DNA of 64,000 nt, taken from positions 3,596,001 to 3,660,000 of the forward strand of contig JASTWF010000035.1 of the NCBI GenBank assembly GCA_030390025.1, in the 5' to 3' direction. Below, one piece after another: positions 12,901-26,194 of the stretch (the first letter of the stretch is position 1; each line of letters starts with the position of its first letter). A model generated the notes under the pieces. It was not told the origin of the DNA, ran no database searches, and saw only the letters and a list, made by a program, of their open reading frames with translations. Origin of the DNA: Squalus acanthias. Its lineage: Eukaryota. Position numbers and translations under genes: made by a program.

Positions 12901-13427
12901 TCCGCAGCTCGGCCTCCAGCTCATCAACTCTGAGCCGAAGCTCCTCAAGCCGCAGACACTTACCGCAGACGTGTTCGTCCTGGATCACACTGGCGTCAAG
13001 GAGCTCCCACATACTGCAGTCACAACACATCACCTGCCCTGCCATCTTTATTGAGTCTTAATTAATTTATTTTTATTAATTAATACTACACCTAATAAGA
13101 TTTATTACTGCTGGTAAACTAGTACTAATGAAACCTTACAATTACTAATAAATTTCCTGGGCTTTAAAAGATAAGGGAAGTGAGCAAAATACTCACCAAC
13201 CAATCACTTACCCTTTTCCCTGTGATGTCACCTTTTATTTTTCTCCAGATGTGCTTGGGGGGTGTCACAGAGCCGAACTCCCGCTGGTTCTCTGTCCCCT
13301 CTTGTGCAGCTTTTTAACTCCTGCTCTCCCGGAAACTGACAAAGATAGAAAAAGAAAGGAACACCTCCCACCTCGAACTCCCTCACTCACCAAACTCGCA
13401 GCTTTCCACTCTGTTCCGAGCTGCACT
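9943..13427 (-). mobile_element. CR1 LINE with 5' UTR, ORF1 (Cys-rich zinc finger, coiled coil, SGNH esterase) and ORF2 up to the FADD motif, ending in (TATG)n
   Basis: ORFs 12752-13045 (CCDCSMW..CGKCL) and 12305-12751 (IGDSTVRG, HVGTNDIG); APE at 11304-12083; RT to KFADD. It splits a host CR1 whose sequence continues at 9848-9942 and 13428-14048. Confidence 0.85.
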
Positions 13428-14918
13428 TCCTTGAATGTTAGCCATTGTATGTCCACAATTATATCTTTTAGTGTAGTCTCCCAATCTACCATGGCCAACT
13501 TGTCCCTCATACCCTTGTAGTTTCCTCTGCTTAGATTGAAGACCTTAGTTTCAGATTGGACTACATCACTCTCAAATTTAATGTAAAATTCAATCATATT
13601 ATGGTCACTTGTCCCTAAAGGCCCCTTTACCACAAGATTATTGATTAGCCCTTTCTCATTACACAGTACCAGATCCAGAATAGCCTGTTCCCTGGTTAGT
13701 TACTCCACATACTGATCCAGGAAACCATCTTGCATGTATTCCAAGAATTCGTCCTCCACACCATTAGTGGTAATTTGATTTGCCCAGTCAATATGTAGAT
13801 TAAAGTCCCCCATGATTACCGTATTGCCCTTGTTACATGCACTTCTAATTTCTTGGTTGATACTGTGCCCTACATTACCACTACTGTTTGGTGGCCTATA
13901 CACAACTCCCACCAATATTTTCCGCCCTTTGCTGTTTCTTAGCTCCACCCAAACCGATTGCAGTTCTACATCACGATCCGCCGAGCCAAGATCTTTTATC
14001 TCTACCGTACCGATCTCATCCCTTATTAACAGCGCTACGCCACCTCCTATGCAGGTGCAGCAGGCGGTTAAGAAGGCAAATGGTATGTTGGCCTTCGTAG
14101 CGAGAGGGTTCGAATACAGGAACAAGGATGTCTTGCTGCAGTTGTACCGGTCCTTGGTGAGACCACACCTTGAGTATTGTGTGCAGTTTTGGTCGCCTTA
14201 TCTGAGGAAGGATGTTCTTGCCATGGAGGGAGTGCAGTGAAGATTCACCAGGCTGATACCTGGGATGGCAGGAATGACGTATGAGGAGAGATTGGGTCGA
14301 TTGGGCTTATACTCGCTGGAGTTTAGAAGGATGAGAGGGGATCTCATTGAAACTTATAAAATTCTAACAGGACTAGACAGACTAGATGCAGGAAGGATGT
14401 TCCCGATGGTCGGGGAGTCCAGAACCAGGGGCCACAGTCTAAAGATAAGGGGTAAGCCATTTAGGACAGAGATGAGGAGGAATTTCTTCACCCAGAGAGT
14501 GGTGAACCTGTGGAATTCTCTGCCACAGAAGGCAGTGGAGGCCAATTCATTAAATATATTCAAGAAGGAGTTAGATATATTTCTTAAGGCTAAAGGGATC
14601 AAGGGATATGGGGAAAAGGCAGGGACAGGGTACTGAATTTGTATGATCAGCCATGATCTCATTGAATGGTGGAGCAGGCTCGAGGGGCCGAATGGCCTAC
14701 TCCTGCACCTATCTTCTATGTTTCTATGTTTTCCTGTTTGTCTGACCTTTCTAAATGTTGAGTACCCTGGAACATTCAGTTCCCAGCTTTGGTTACCCTG
14801 CAACCATGTCTCTGTAATGGCAATTACATCATACCCATTTACTTCTATTTGTGCCATTAATTCATCCACCTTGTTGCGAATGCTACGTGCATTTAGATAA
14901 AGTGCCTTCAACTTTGCC
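13428..14918 (-). mobile_element. CR1 APE fragment (host of the 9943-13427 and 14049-14728 insertions), closely similar to 8160-8975
   Basis: Near-identical APE sequence (EIGTVEIKDLGSADRDVEL, ALYLNARSIRNKVDELMAQ). Confidence 0.85.
14049..14728 (+). mobile_element. 5'-truncated CR1 3' end inserted antisense in a CR1 APE region
   Basis: RT C-terminal motifs and TTCTATGT tail; the host reads CCACCTCCT|TTTCC across the junctions. Confidence 0.87.
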
Positions 14919-15349
14919 CCTACATATCCTATGTAATCCTATGCAATTGATCTTAATCCATTGAGGAGCAGTCTGCTCAATTTTGTAAGTCAGCTATTTC
15001 CATTTCAAGTTCAGCAAACAGAAATAAAAAAAACATAGAATTAAATTTTATGTATGTGAATTGATATTTCCGATTTGCTGGAATGGCTTTTTTCAGAAAT
15101 TAAACTTTTTTGGGGCGGTGGGCGAGTTCAAGCATTTGGAATTGAGTGTGGGGATCTAGCTAATGGGTACCAAGCTAAATTGAACCAAAAGGAATTATCA
15201 TAGGGGTCTTTGGGATAGGGGACACAAATGAACAAATCCTTCTAACAAGACATAGAAAATGGGGGCCGACTGAAATTAAACATGAAGGAATAACTAGGTG
15301 GACTTAATTGTACACCTAATTTTCTGCCTTTCTGACCTGAAGCTACCAA

Positions 15350-15560
15350 GTCTTGGCTTAGGTGCTGGCTGCCCTGTTGCACCTTGTTTATATGTCCATT
15401 CTTCGTGTGAACCTGGATACTAAGTATTGGCATGCTATTACAGCTGAGCTGATCTTGTCCTCATCAGTGCCCACACAAGGACACTTCCAGCCGGATTCTT
15501 TGCTAGTAATATGGACTAGGAAATTTGGCCCTTTTTAGATTTCTCCTCTAAGGGTACTGA
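15350..15560 (-). mobile_element. Old SINE fragment, AmnSINE2-like
   Basis: The reverse complement contains GCTGGAAGTG..TGTGTGG..TGAGGACAAGATCAGCTCAGCTGT and CCAGGTTCACACGAAGAATGG, resembling the recalled AmnSINE2 body. Not database-verified. Confidence 0.45.
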
Positions 15561-18500
15561 CGGGTTACGTTCCATAGCGTGCTGACGGGTTACGTTCCAT
15601 AGCATGCTGACGGGTTACGTTCCATAGCGTGCTGACGGGTTACATTCCATAGCATGCTGACGGGTTACGTTCCATAGCATGCTGACGGGTTACGTTCCAT
15701 AGCATGCTGACGGGTTACGTTCCATAGCGTGCTGACGGGTTACATTCCATAGCATGCTGACGGGTTACGTTCCATAGCGTGCTGACGGGTTACATTCCAT
15801 AGCGTGCTGACGGGTTACGTTCCATAGCGTGCTGACGGGTTACGTTCCATAGCGTGCTGACTGGTTACGTTCTATACCGTGCTGACGGGTTACGTTCCAT
15901 AGCGTGCTGACTGGTTACGTTCTATACCGTGCTGACTGGTTACGTTCCATACCGTACTGACTGGTTACGTTCTATACCGTGCTGACGGGTTACGTTCCAT
16001 AGCGTGCTGACTGGTTACGTTCTATTCCGTACTGACTGGTTACGTTCTATACCGTGCTGACGGGTTACGTTCCATAACGTGCTGACTGGTTACGTTCTAT
16101 ACCGTGCTGACGGGTTACGTTCCATACCGTACTGACTGGTTACATTCCATACCGTACTGACTGGTTACGTTCTATACCGTGCTGATGGGTTACGTTCCAT
16201 ACCGTACTGACTGGTTACATTCCATACCGTACTGACTGGTTACATTCCATACCGTACTGACTGGTTACATTCCATACCGTACTGTCGGGTTACATTCCAT
16301 ACCGTACTGTCGGGTTACATTCCATACCGTACTGACTGGTTACATTCCATACCGTACTGACTGGTTACATTCCATACCGTACTGACTGGTTACATTCCAT
16401 ACCGTACTGACTGGTTACATTCCATACCGTACTGACTGGTTACATTCCATACCGTACTGTCGGGTTACATTCCATACCGTACTGTCGGGTTACATTCCAT
16501 ACCGTACTGACTGGTTACATTCCATACCGTACTGACTGGTTACATTCCATACCGAACTGTCGGGTTACATTCCATACCATACTGACTGGTTACATTCCAT
16601 ACCGAACTGTCGGGTTACATTCCATACCGTGCTGACTGGTTACATTCCATACCGTACTGTCGGGTTACATTCCATACCGTACTGTCGGGTTACATTCCAT
16701 ACCGTACTGTCGGGTTACATTCCATACCGAACTGACTGGTTACATTCCATACCGTACTGTCGGGTTACATTCCATACCGAACTGTCGGGTTACATTCCAT
16801 ACCGTACTGACAGGTTACATTCCATACCGAACTGACTGGTTACATTCCATACCGTACTGACTGGTTACATTCCATACCGTACTGTCTGGTTACGTTCCAT
16901 ACCGAACTGACTGGTTACATTCCATACCGTACTGACTGGTTACATTCCATACCGTACTGTCGGGTTACATTCCATACCGTACTGACAGGTTACATTCCAT
17001 ACCGTACTGACTGGTTACATTCCATACCGAACTGACTGGTTACATTCCATACCGTACTGTCTGGTTACGTTCCATACCGTACTGACTGGTTACATTCCAT
17101 ACCGAACTGACTGGTTACATTCCATACCGTACTGTCGGGTTACATTCCATACCGTACTGTCGGGTTACATTCCATACCGTACTGACGGGTTACATTCCAT
17201 ACCGTACTGACGGGTTACATTCCATACCGTACTGACTGGTTACATTCCATACCGTACTGTCGGGTTACATTCCATACCGTACTGACGGGTTACATTCCAT
17301 ACCGTACTGACTGGTTACATTCCATACCGTACTGACTGGTTACATTCCATACCGAACTGACTGGTTACATTCCATACCGTACTGACTGGTTACATTCCAT
17401 ACCGTACTGACTGGTTACATTCCATACCGTACTGACTGGTTACATTCCATACCGAACTGTCGGGTTACATTCCATACCGTACTGACTGGTTACATTCCAT
17501 ACCGTACTGTCGGGTTACATTCCATACCGTACTGACTGGTTACATTCCATACCGTACTGTCGGGTTACATTCCATACCGTACTGTCGGGTTACATTCCAT
17601 ACCGTACTGACTGGTTACATTCCATACCGTACTGTCGGGTTACATTCCATACCGAACTGACTGGTTACATTCCATACCGTACTGTCGGGTTACATTCCAT
17701 ACCGTACTGACTGGTTACATTCCATACCGTACTGACTGGTTACATTCCATACCGTACTGACTGGTTACATTCCATACCGTACTGTCGGGTTACATTCCAT
17801 ACCGAACTGACGGGTTACATTCCATACCGTACTGACTGGTTACATTCCATACCGTACTGACGGGTTACTTTCCATACCGAACTGACGGGTTACATTCCAT
17901 ACCGAACTGACGGGTTACGTTCCATACCGTACTGACTGGTTACATTCCATACCGAACTGACTGGTTACATTCCATACCGAACTGACTGGTTACATTCCAT
18001 ACCGTACTGTCGGGTTACATTCCATACCGTACTGACGGGTTACATTCCATACCGTACTGTCGGGTTACATTCCATACCGTACTGACTGGTTACATTCCAT
18101 ACCGTACTGTTGGGTTACATTCCATACCGTACTGACGGGTTACATTCCATACCGTACTGACTGGTTACATTCCATACCGTACTGACTGGTTACATTCCAT
18201 ACCGTACTGACTGGTTACATTCCATACCGTACTGACTGGTTACATTCCATACCGTACTGACTGGTTACATTCCATACCGTACTGACTGGTTACATTCCAT
18301 ACCGTACTGTCGGGTTACATTCCATACCGTACTGACTGGTTACATTCCATACCGTACTGTCGGGTTACATTCCATACCGTACTGACTGGTTACATTCCAT
18401 ACCGTACTGACTGGTTACATTCCATACCGTACTGACTGGTTACATTCCATACCGTACTGTCGGGTTACATTCCATACCGTACTGACTGGTTACATTCCAT

Positions 18501-19758
18501 ACCGTACTGACTGGTTACATTCCATACCGTACTGTCGGGTTACATTCCATACCGTACTGACTGGTTACATTCCATACCGTACTGACTGGTTACATTCCAT
18601 ACCGTACTGTCGGGTTACATTCCATACCGTACTGACTGGTTACATTCCATACCGTACTGACTGGTTACATTCCATACCGTACTGTCGGGTTACATTCCAT
18701 ACCGTACTGACTGGTTACATTCCATACCGTACTGACTGGTTACATTCCATACCGTACTGTCGGGTTACATTCCATACCGTACTGACTGGTTACATTCCAT
18801 ACCGTACTGACTGGTTACATTCCATACCGTACTGTCGGGTTACATTCCATACCGTACTGACTGGTTACATTCCATTCCGTACTGACTGGTTACATTCCAT
18901 ACCGTACTGACTGGTTACATTCCATACCGTACTGACTGGTTACATTCCATACCGTACTGACTGGTTACATTCCATACCGTACTGACTGGTTACATTCCAT
19001 ACCGTACTGTCGGGTTACATTCCATACCGTACTGACTGGTTACGTTCCATACCGTACTGACGGGTTGCGTTCCATACCGTACTGACTGGTTACGTTCCGT
19101 ACCGTACTGACGGGTTACGTTCCATACCGTACTGACTGGTTACATTCCATACCGTACTGACTGGTTACATTCCATACCGTACTGACTGGTTACATTCCAT
19201 ACCGTACTGTCGGGTTACATTCCATACCGTACTGACTGATTACATTCCATACCGTACTGACTGGTTACATTCCATACGGTACTGACTGGTTACATTCCAT
19301 ACCGAACTGACTGGTTACATTCCATACCGTACTGTCGGGTTACATTCCATACCGTACTGACTGGTTACATTCCATACCGAACTGTCGGGTTACATTCCAT
19401 ACCGTACTGACTGGTTACATTCCATACCGTACTGTCTGGTTACGTTCCATACCGTACTGACGGGTTACGTTCCATACCGTACTGACTGGTTACATTCCAT
19501 ACCGTACTGACTGGTTACATTCCATACCGTACTGACGGGTTACATTCCATACCGTACTGACGGGTTACATTCCATACCGTACTGTCGGGTTACATTCCAT
19601 ACCGTACTGACCGGTTACATTCCAAACCGTACTGACCGGTTACATTCCATACCGTACTGACCGGTTACATTCCATACCGTACTGACTGGTTGCATTCCAT
19701 ACCGTACTGTCGGGTTATGTTCCATACGGTACTGACGGGTTACATTCCACAGCATGCT
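15554..19758. repeat. 25-bp minisatellite, about 168 copies; consensus TTACATTCCATACCGTACTGACTGG
   Basis: Uninterrupted 25-bp periodicity with a few variant positions (GACTG/GTCGG/GACGG, ACAT/ACGT, ACCG/AGCG). Confidence 0.97.
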
Positions 19759-19864
19759 ATTTCAGATTGCGCTCCATACCAAACTGTGTCAGGCTTATCT
19801 GACTGTGCATGGATAAGAGCACATCTATATAATGTGGGTTAAAATTATTTTAAGATGCAGTGTC

Positions 19865-21560
19865 CTTCCCCAAATGAAGTCCAAATCATTAACATGTATC
19901 AAGAAAAGCAGTGGTCCTAGTACTGACCCCTGGGGAACACCACTGTATACCTTCCTCCAGTCAGAAAAACAACCGTTCACCACTACTCTCTGTTTCCTGT
20001 CACTTAGCCAATTTCCTATCCATGCTGCCACTGTCCCTTTTATTCCATGGGCTTCAACTTTGCTGGCAAGCCTATTTAGCGGCTCTTTATCAAACGTCCA
20101 TTTACACCACATCAACCGCAATGCCCTCATCAACCCTCTCTGTTACCTCATCAAAAAATTCAATCAGGTTAGTTAAACACGATTTGCCTTTAACAAATCC
20201 GTGCTGGCTTTCCTTAATTAATCCACTCTTGTCCAAGTGACTGTTAATTTTGTCCCGGATTATCGTTTCTAAAAGCTTCCCCACCACCAAGGTTCAGCTG
20301 ACTGACCTGTAGTTGCTGGGTTTATTAGGAAAAACTTTTTTACGGAGCAAGTTGTTAGAATCTGGAATGCACTGCCTGTAAGGGTGGTGGAGGCAGATTC
20401 AATCGTGGCTTTCAAAAGGGAATTGGATAAGTAGCTAAAGGAAGAAAATTTGCAGGGCTACGGGGAAAGGGCGGGAGAGTGGGACCAGCTGAAGTGCTCT
20501 TGCAGAGAGCTGGCACGGGCTCGATGGGCCGAATGGCCTCTTTCTGTGCTGTAACCATTCTATGATTTTATATGATTCTTCCTTTTTACATACCTTTACA
20601 AGCTATTACAGTCTGTTTTTATGTCTCTTGTTAGTTTACTCTCATATTCTATTTCTCTCTCTATCAATTTCTTGGTCCTCCTTTGCTGAATTCTAAAATC
20701 CTCCCAATCCTCAGACTTACTACTCTTAAAGGGGCCGTGCAGGGTCAAAAAAATTACAGGGAACATAGGCCTAGTCTCCTCAATCTCTCCTCATAGGACA
20801 ATTCCCCCTTTCCCAGGAATTAGTCTGGTGAACCATAGTTGCACTCCCTCGAGGGCAAGTATATCCTTCCTTCGGTAAGGAGACCACAACTCCAGTTGTG
20901 GTCTCACCAAGGCCCTATATAATTGAAGTAAGACTTCTTTACTCTTATACTCGAATACATAGGATAAACGGCACAGAAACAGACCATTCGGCCCAACCAG
21001 TCCATGCCGGCGTTTATGCTCTACTCGAGCCTCCTCTTGCCTTTCCTCATAAGAACATAAGAAATAGGAGTAGGAGTAGGCCATTTGGCCCCTCGAGCCT
21101 GCTCTGCCATTTAATGAGATCATGGCTGATCTAAATCTATCAGCATAACCCTCTATTCCCTTCTCCCTCATATGCTTGTCTAACCTCCCCTAAAATGCAT
21201 CTATACTATTCGCTTCAACCACTCCCTGTGGTAGAAAGTTCCACATTCTCACCACTCTTTGGGTAAAGAAGTTTCTTCTGAATTCCTTATTGGATTTCTT
21301 GGTGACTATCTTATATTGATGGCCTCTAGTTATGCTCTTACCCACAAGTGGAAACATTCTCTCTCTATCCACTCTATCAAAACCTTTCATAATTTTAAAG
21401 ACCTCTATTAGGTTTCAGCTTTCTTTTTTCAAGAGAAAAGAGACCCAGCCTGTTCATCCTTTCCTGATATGTATACCCTCGCATTTCTGGTATCATTCTT
21501 GTAAATCTTCTCTGCACCCTCTCCAGTGCCTCTATATCCTTTTTATAATATGGCGACCAG
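19865..21560. mobile_element. Cluster of nested CR1 fragments in both orientations
   Basis: RT motifs on - (19865-20325, 20765-21560); a + strand 3' end (20328-20575); several CR1 tails. Confidence 0.8.
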
Positions 21561-24520
21561 AACGACATAGGTAGGACAAAGAAAGAAGTTCTGCTGAGGG
21601 AGTATGAGCAACTAGGGGCTAAATTAAAAAGCAGATCCACAAAGGTAATAATTTCTGGATTACTACCTGAGCCACGTGCAAATTGACATAGGGTAAATAA
21701 GATCAGAGAGATGAACGAGTGGCTCAAAGATTGGTGTGGGAGAAATGGGTTTTGATTCCTGGGGCACTGGCACCATTACTGGGATAAGAGGGAGAAAGGA
21801 AAAGGAGGTGGTGTCGCTCTGTTAATAAGGGATGAGATTAGTGCAGTAATGAGAAATGATATTGACCTCGAAGATCAAGATGTAGAATCAGTTTGGGTGG
21901 AGATAAGAAATAATAAAGGTAAAAAGTCACTGGTGGGAGTAGTCTACAGGTCCCCAAACAGTAGCCACACTGTAGGACAGAGAATAAATCAAGAAATAAT
22001 AGAGGCTTGTAAGAAAGGTACGGCTATAATCATGGGAGAATTTAATCTTCATATTGATTAGACAAAGCAAATTGGCAAAGGTAGGCTTGAGGAAGAGTTC
22101 ATAGAGTGTATGTGGGATGGTTTCTTGGAACAATATGTTGTGGAACCAACCAGGGAGAAGACTATTTTAGATCTGGTAATGTGTAACGAGGCTGGATTAA
22201 TTAATGATCTCGAAGTGAAGGATCCTCTTGGGAAGAGTGATCATACCATGGGAGAATTTCAAATTCAGTTTGAGGGTGAGAAAGCTAGGTCTCAAACTAG
22301 TGTCTGAACTTAAACAAAGGTAATTACAAAGGTATGAAGGCAGACTTGGTTAAAGTGGACTGGGAAAATATATTACAGGGTAAGACTGTAGAAAAGCAGT
22401 GGCAAACATTTAAGGAGATATTTCATAACTCTCAGCAAAGATGTATTCCAGTGAGAAAGAAAGACTCTAAGAGAAGGATGAACCATCCGTGGCTAACTAA
22501 GGAAGTAAAGGATGGCATCAAATTGAAAACAAAGGCATACAATGTTGCGAAGAATAGCGAAAGGCCAGAGGATTGTGAAATTTTTAAAAACCAGCAAAGG
22601 ACGACTAAAAAAATGATAGAGAGAGAAGATAGATTATGAGAATAAGCTAGCAAGAAATATAAAAACAGACAGTAAGAGCTTCTACAGGTATATAAAAAGG
22701 AAGCAAGTAGCTAAAGTAAACGTTGGTCCCCTAGAGGATGAGTCTGGGGAATTAATAATGGGAAACAGGGAAATAGCGGAGACTTTGAACAAATATTTTG
22801 TATCGGTCTTCAAGGTAGAAGACACTAAAAGCATCCCAATAATGGATAATCAAGGGGCTATTGGGGTGGGGGCGGGGGGAACTTAAAACAATCACTATCA
22901 CTGGAGAGAAAGTACTAGGCAAACTAATGGAACTAAAGGTGGACAAGTCCCCTGGACCCGATGGCCTGCATCCTAGAGTCTTAAAAGAGGTGACTGCAGA
23001 GATAGTGGATGCATTGGTTGTAATCTACCAAAATTCCCTGGATTCTGGAGAGGTCACAGTGGATTGGAAAACCGCAAATGTAACGCCCATATTTCAGAAA
23101 GGAGGGAGACAGAAAGCAGGCACCTATCGACCAGTTAGCCTAACATCTGTCATTGGGAAAATGCTGGAGTCCATCATTAAGGAAGTGATAGCAGGACATT
23201 TAGAAAATCATAATATAGTCAAGCAGAGTCAGCATGGTTTTATGAAAGGGAAATCATGTTTGACAAATTTGCTGGAGTTCTTTGAGGATGTAACGAGCAG
23301 GGTGGATAAAGGGGAACCAGTAGATGTAGTGTATTTGGATTTCCAGAAGGCATTCGATAAGGTGCCACATAAAAAGTTACTACACAAGATAAGACTTCAC
23401 GGGGTTGGGGGTAATATATTAGCATGGATAGAGGATTGGCTAACTAACAGAAAACAGAGAGTCGAGATAAATGGGTCATTTTCAGGTTGGCAAACTGTAA
23501 CTAGTGGGGTGCCGCAGGGATCTGTGCTGGGGCCTCAACTACTTACAATCTATATTAATGACTTGGATGAAGGGACTGAGTGTAATGTAGCCAAATTTGC
23601 TGATGATACAAAGATAGTTGGGAAAGCAAATTGTGTGGAGGATGCAAAGAATCTCCAAAGGGATATAGATAGTCTCAGTGAGTGGGCAAAAATCTGGCAG
23701 ATGGAGTTTAATGTGGGAAAATGCGAGGTTATCCACTTTGGTAGGAAAAATAAAAAAGCAAATTATTATTTAAACGGGGAGATACTACAAAATGCTGAGG
23801 TACAGAAGGATCTCGGGGTCCTTGTACATGAATCACAAAAAGTTAGTATGCAGGTACAGCAAGTAATTAGGAAGGCAAATGGAATGTTGGCCTTTATTGC
23901 AAAGGGAATGGAGTATAAAAGTAGGGCAGTCCTGTTACAACTGTACAGGACGTTGGTGAGATCACACCTGGAGTACTGCGTACAGTTTTGGTCTCCTTAT
24001 TTAAGGAAGGATATACTTACTTGCATTGGAGGCAGTTCAGAGAAGGTTCACGAGGTTGATTCCGGAGATGAAGGGGTTGTCTTATGAAGAAAGGTTGAGC
24101 AGGTTGGGCCTATACTCATTGGAGTTCAGAAGAATGAGAGGGGATCTTATTGAAATATATAAGATTCTGAAGGGGCTTGACAGGGTAGATGCAGGGAGGA
24201 GTTTCCCCTCGTGGAGGAATCTAGAACTAGGGGGCATAATTTCAGAATAAGGGGGCACCCTTTTAAATCGGAAATGAGAAGGATTTTCTTCTCTCAGAGG
24301 GTCGTGAATCTTTGGAATTCTCTTCCCCAGAGAGCTGTGGAGGCTGGGCCATTGAATATATTTAAGGTGGAGATAGACAGATTTTTGAACGATAAGGGAG
24401 TCAAGGATTATGGAGAGCGGGCAGGGAAGTGGAGTTGAGGCCAAGATCAGATCAGCCATGATCTTATTGAATGGCAGGCTCGAGGGGCCAAGTGACCTAC
24501 TCTTGCTCCTACGTCTTATA
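21561..24520 (+). mobile_element. CR1 LINE (ORF1 remnant, APE, RT, 3' UTR)
   Basis: 408-aa RT ORF at 22861-24087 with [11 protein letters not shown] and KFADD; upstream APE ORFs; 3' hairpin. Confidence 0.9.
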
Positions 24521-26193
24521 ATGGTAAAAAAATTAAATTAAAGGCCCCTTATCTGAATGCACGAAGCATTCGTAACAAGATAGACGAACTAGTGGCACAA
24601 ATAGAGATAAATGGGTTTGATCTAATAGCCATTACAGAGACGTGGTTGCAAGGTGTTGGGGACTAAATGTTCCACGGTACTTGACATTTTGTAAAGATAG
24701 GCAGAATGGAAAAGGAGGGGGAGTAGCCCTGATAATAAAGGATGACATAAGGACTGTAGAGAGAAAGGATCTCGGCTCAGAAGATCAGCAACTAGAATCA
24801 GTATGGGCGGTGATCAGGAATAACCAGGGGCAGAAAACACTGGTGGGAGTAGTATATAGGCCCCCTAACAGTAGCTATACCGTTGGACAGACTATTAATC
24901 AAGAACTAGTAGGAGCTTGCAACAAAGGTAATGCAATAATCGTGGGGGACTTCAATCTTCATATAGACTGGACAAATCAAATTGGCAAAGGTAGTCTGGA
25001 GGACGAGTTCATGGAATGCATTCGGGATAGTTTCCTAGAACAATATGTCATGGAACCAACCAGGGAACAGGCTATTTTAGATCTTGTATTGTGTAATGAG
25101 ACAGGGTTACTTAGCAATCTCATATTAAAGGATCCTCTGGGGCAGAGTGATCATAATATGATAGTATTTCACATTCATTTTGAGAGTGACTTGCCTAAGT
25201 CAGAAACTAGAGTCTTAAACTTAAATAAAGCCAATTACATAGGTATGAGGGGCGAGTTGGCTAAGGTAGATTGGAAAAATAGATTAAAAGGTATGGCGGT
25301 AGATAAGCAGTGGCTAGCATTTAAAGAAATATTTCATAATCCTCAACAAAAATACATTCCATTGAGAAACAAAAACTCCACGGGAAAAATTATCCAACCG
25401 TGGCTAACTAAAGAAGTTAAGGATAGCATTAGATTGAAAGAAGGCGCGGACACGATGGGCCAAAATGGCCTCCTTCTGTGCTGTAACTTTCTATGATTCT
25501 ATAATAATGTTGCGAAGAATAATAGTAAGCCAGAGGATTAGGAAAGTTTCAGAAACCAGCAAAGGTTGACCAAAAAATTGATAAAAAGGGAAAAAATAGA
25601 ATGAGAGAAAACTAGCAAGAAATATAAAAACAGATTGTAAGAGTTTCTACAAATATGTAAAAAGGAAAAGAGTAGCAAAAGTAAATGTTGCCCCCGTAGA
25701 AATTATCATGGGGAATAAGGAATTGGCAGAAATGTTAAATAAATATTTTGTATCTGTCTTCAGAGTAGAAGACACAAAAAGCATACCTAAAATGGTGGGG
25801 AACCAAGGGTTTAATGAGGGTGAGGAACTTAACGTAATTAATATAAGTAGAGGAAAAGCACTGGAGAAACGAATGGGACTAAAAGCCGACAAATCCTAGG
25901 GTTCTAAAAGAGGTGGCTCAAGAGATAGTGGATGCATTGGTTTTGATCTTCCAAAATTCCCTAGATTCTGGAATGGTCCCAGCGGATTGGAAAGTCGCAA
26001 ATGTAACACCGCTATTCAAGAAAGGAGGGAGAGAAAAAACAGTGAACTACAGACCAGTTAGCCTGACATCAGTCGTCAGGAAAATGCTGGAATCCATTGT
26101 TAAGGAAGTGGTATCAAGTCACTTAGAAAATCATAACATGATTAGGCAGAGTCAACATGGTTTTATGAAAGGGAAATCGTGTTTGACAAATTT
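24521..26193 (+). mobile_element. CR1 LINE APE/tether/RT start, truncated at an RTE element
   Basis: 284-aa APE ORF at 24642-25496; RT start ending at KGKSCLTNL. Confidence 0.87.
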
Positions 26194-26194
26194 G

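Noticed and set aside
15554..19758. CRISPR-like array of 25-bp repeats
   Set aside because: Units are head-to-tail with no unique spacers, there are no cas genes, and the context is a eukaryotic intron.
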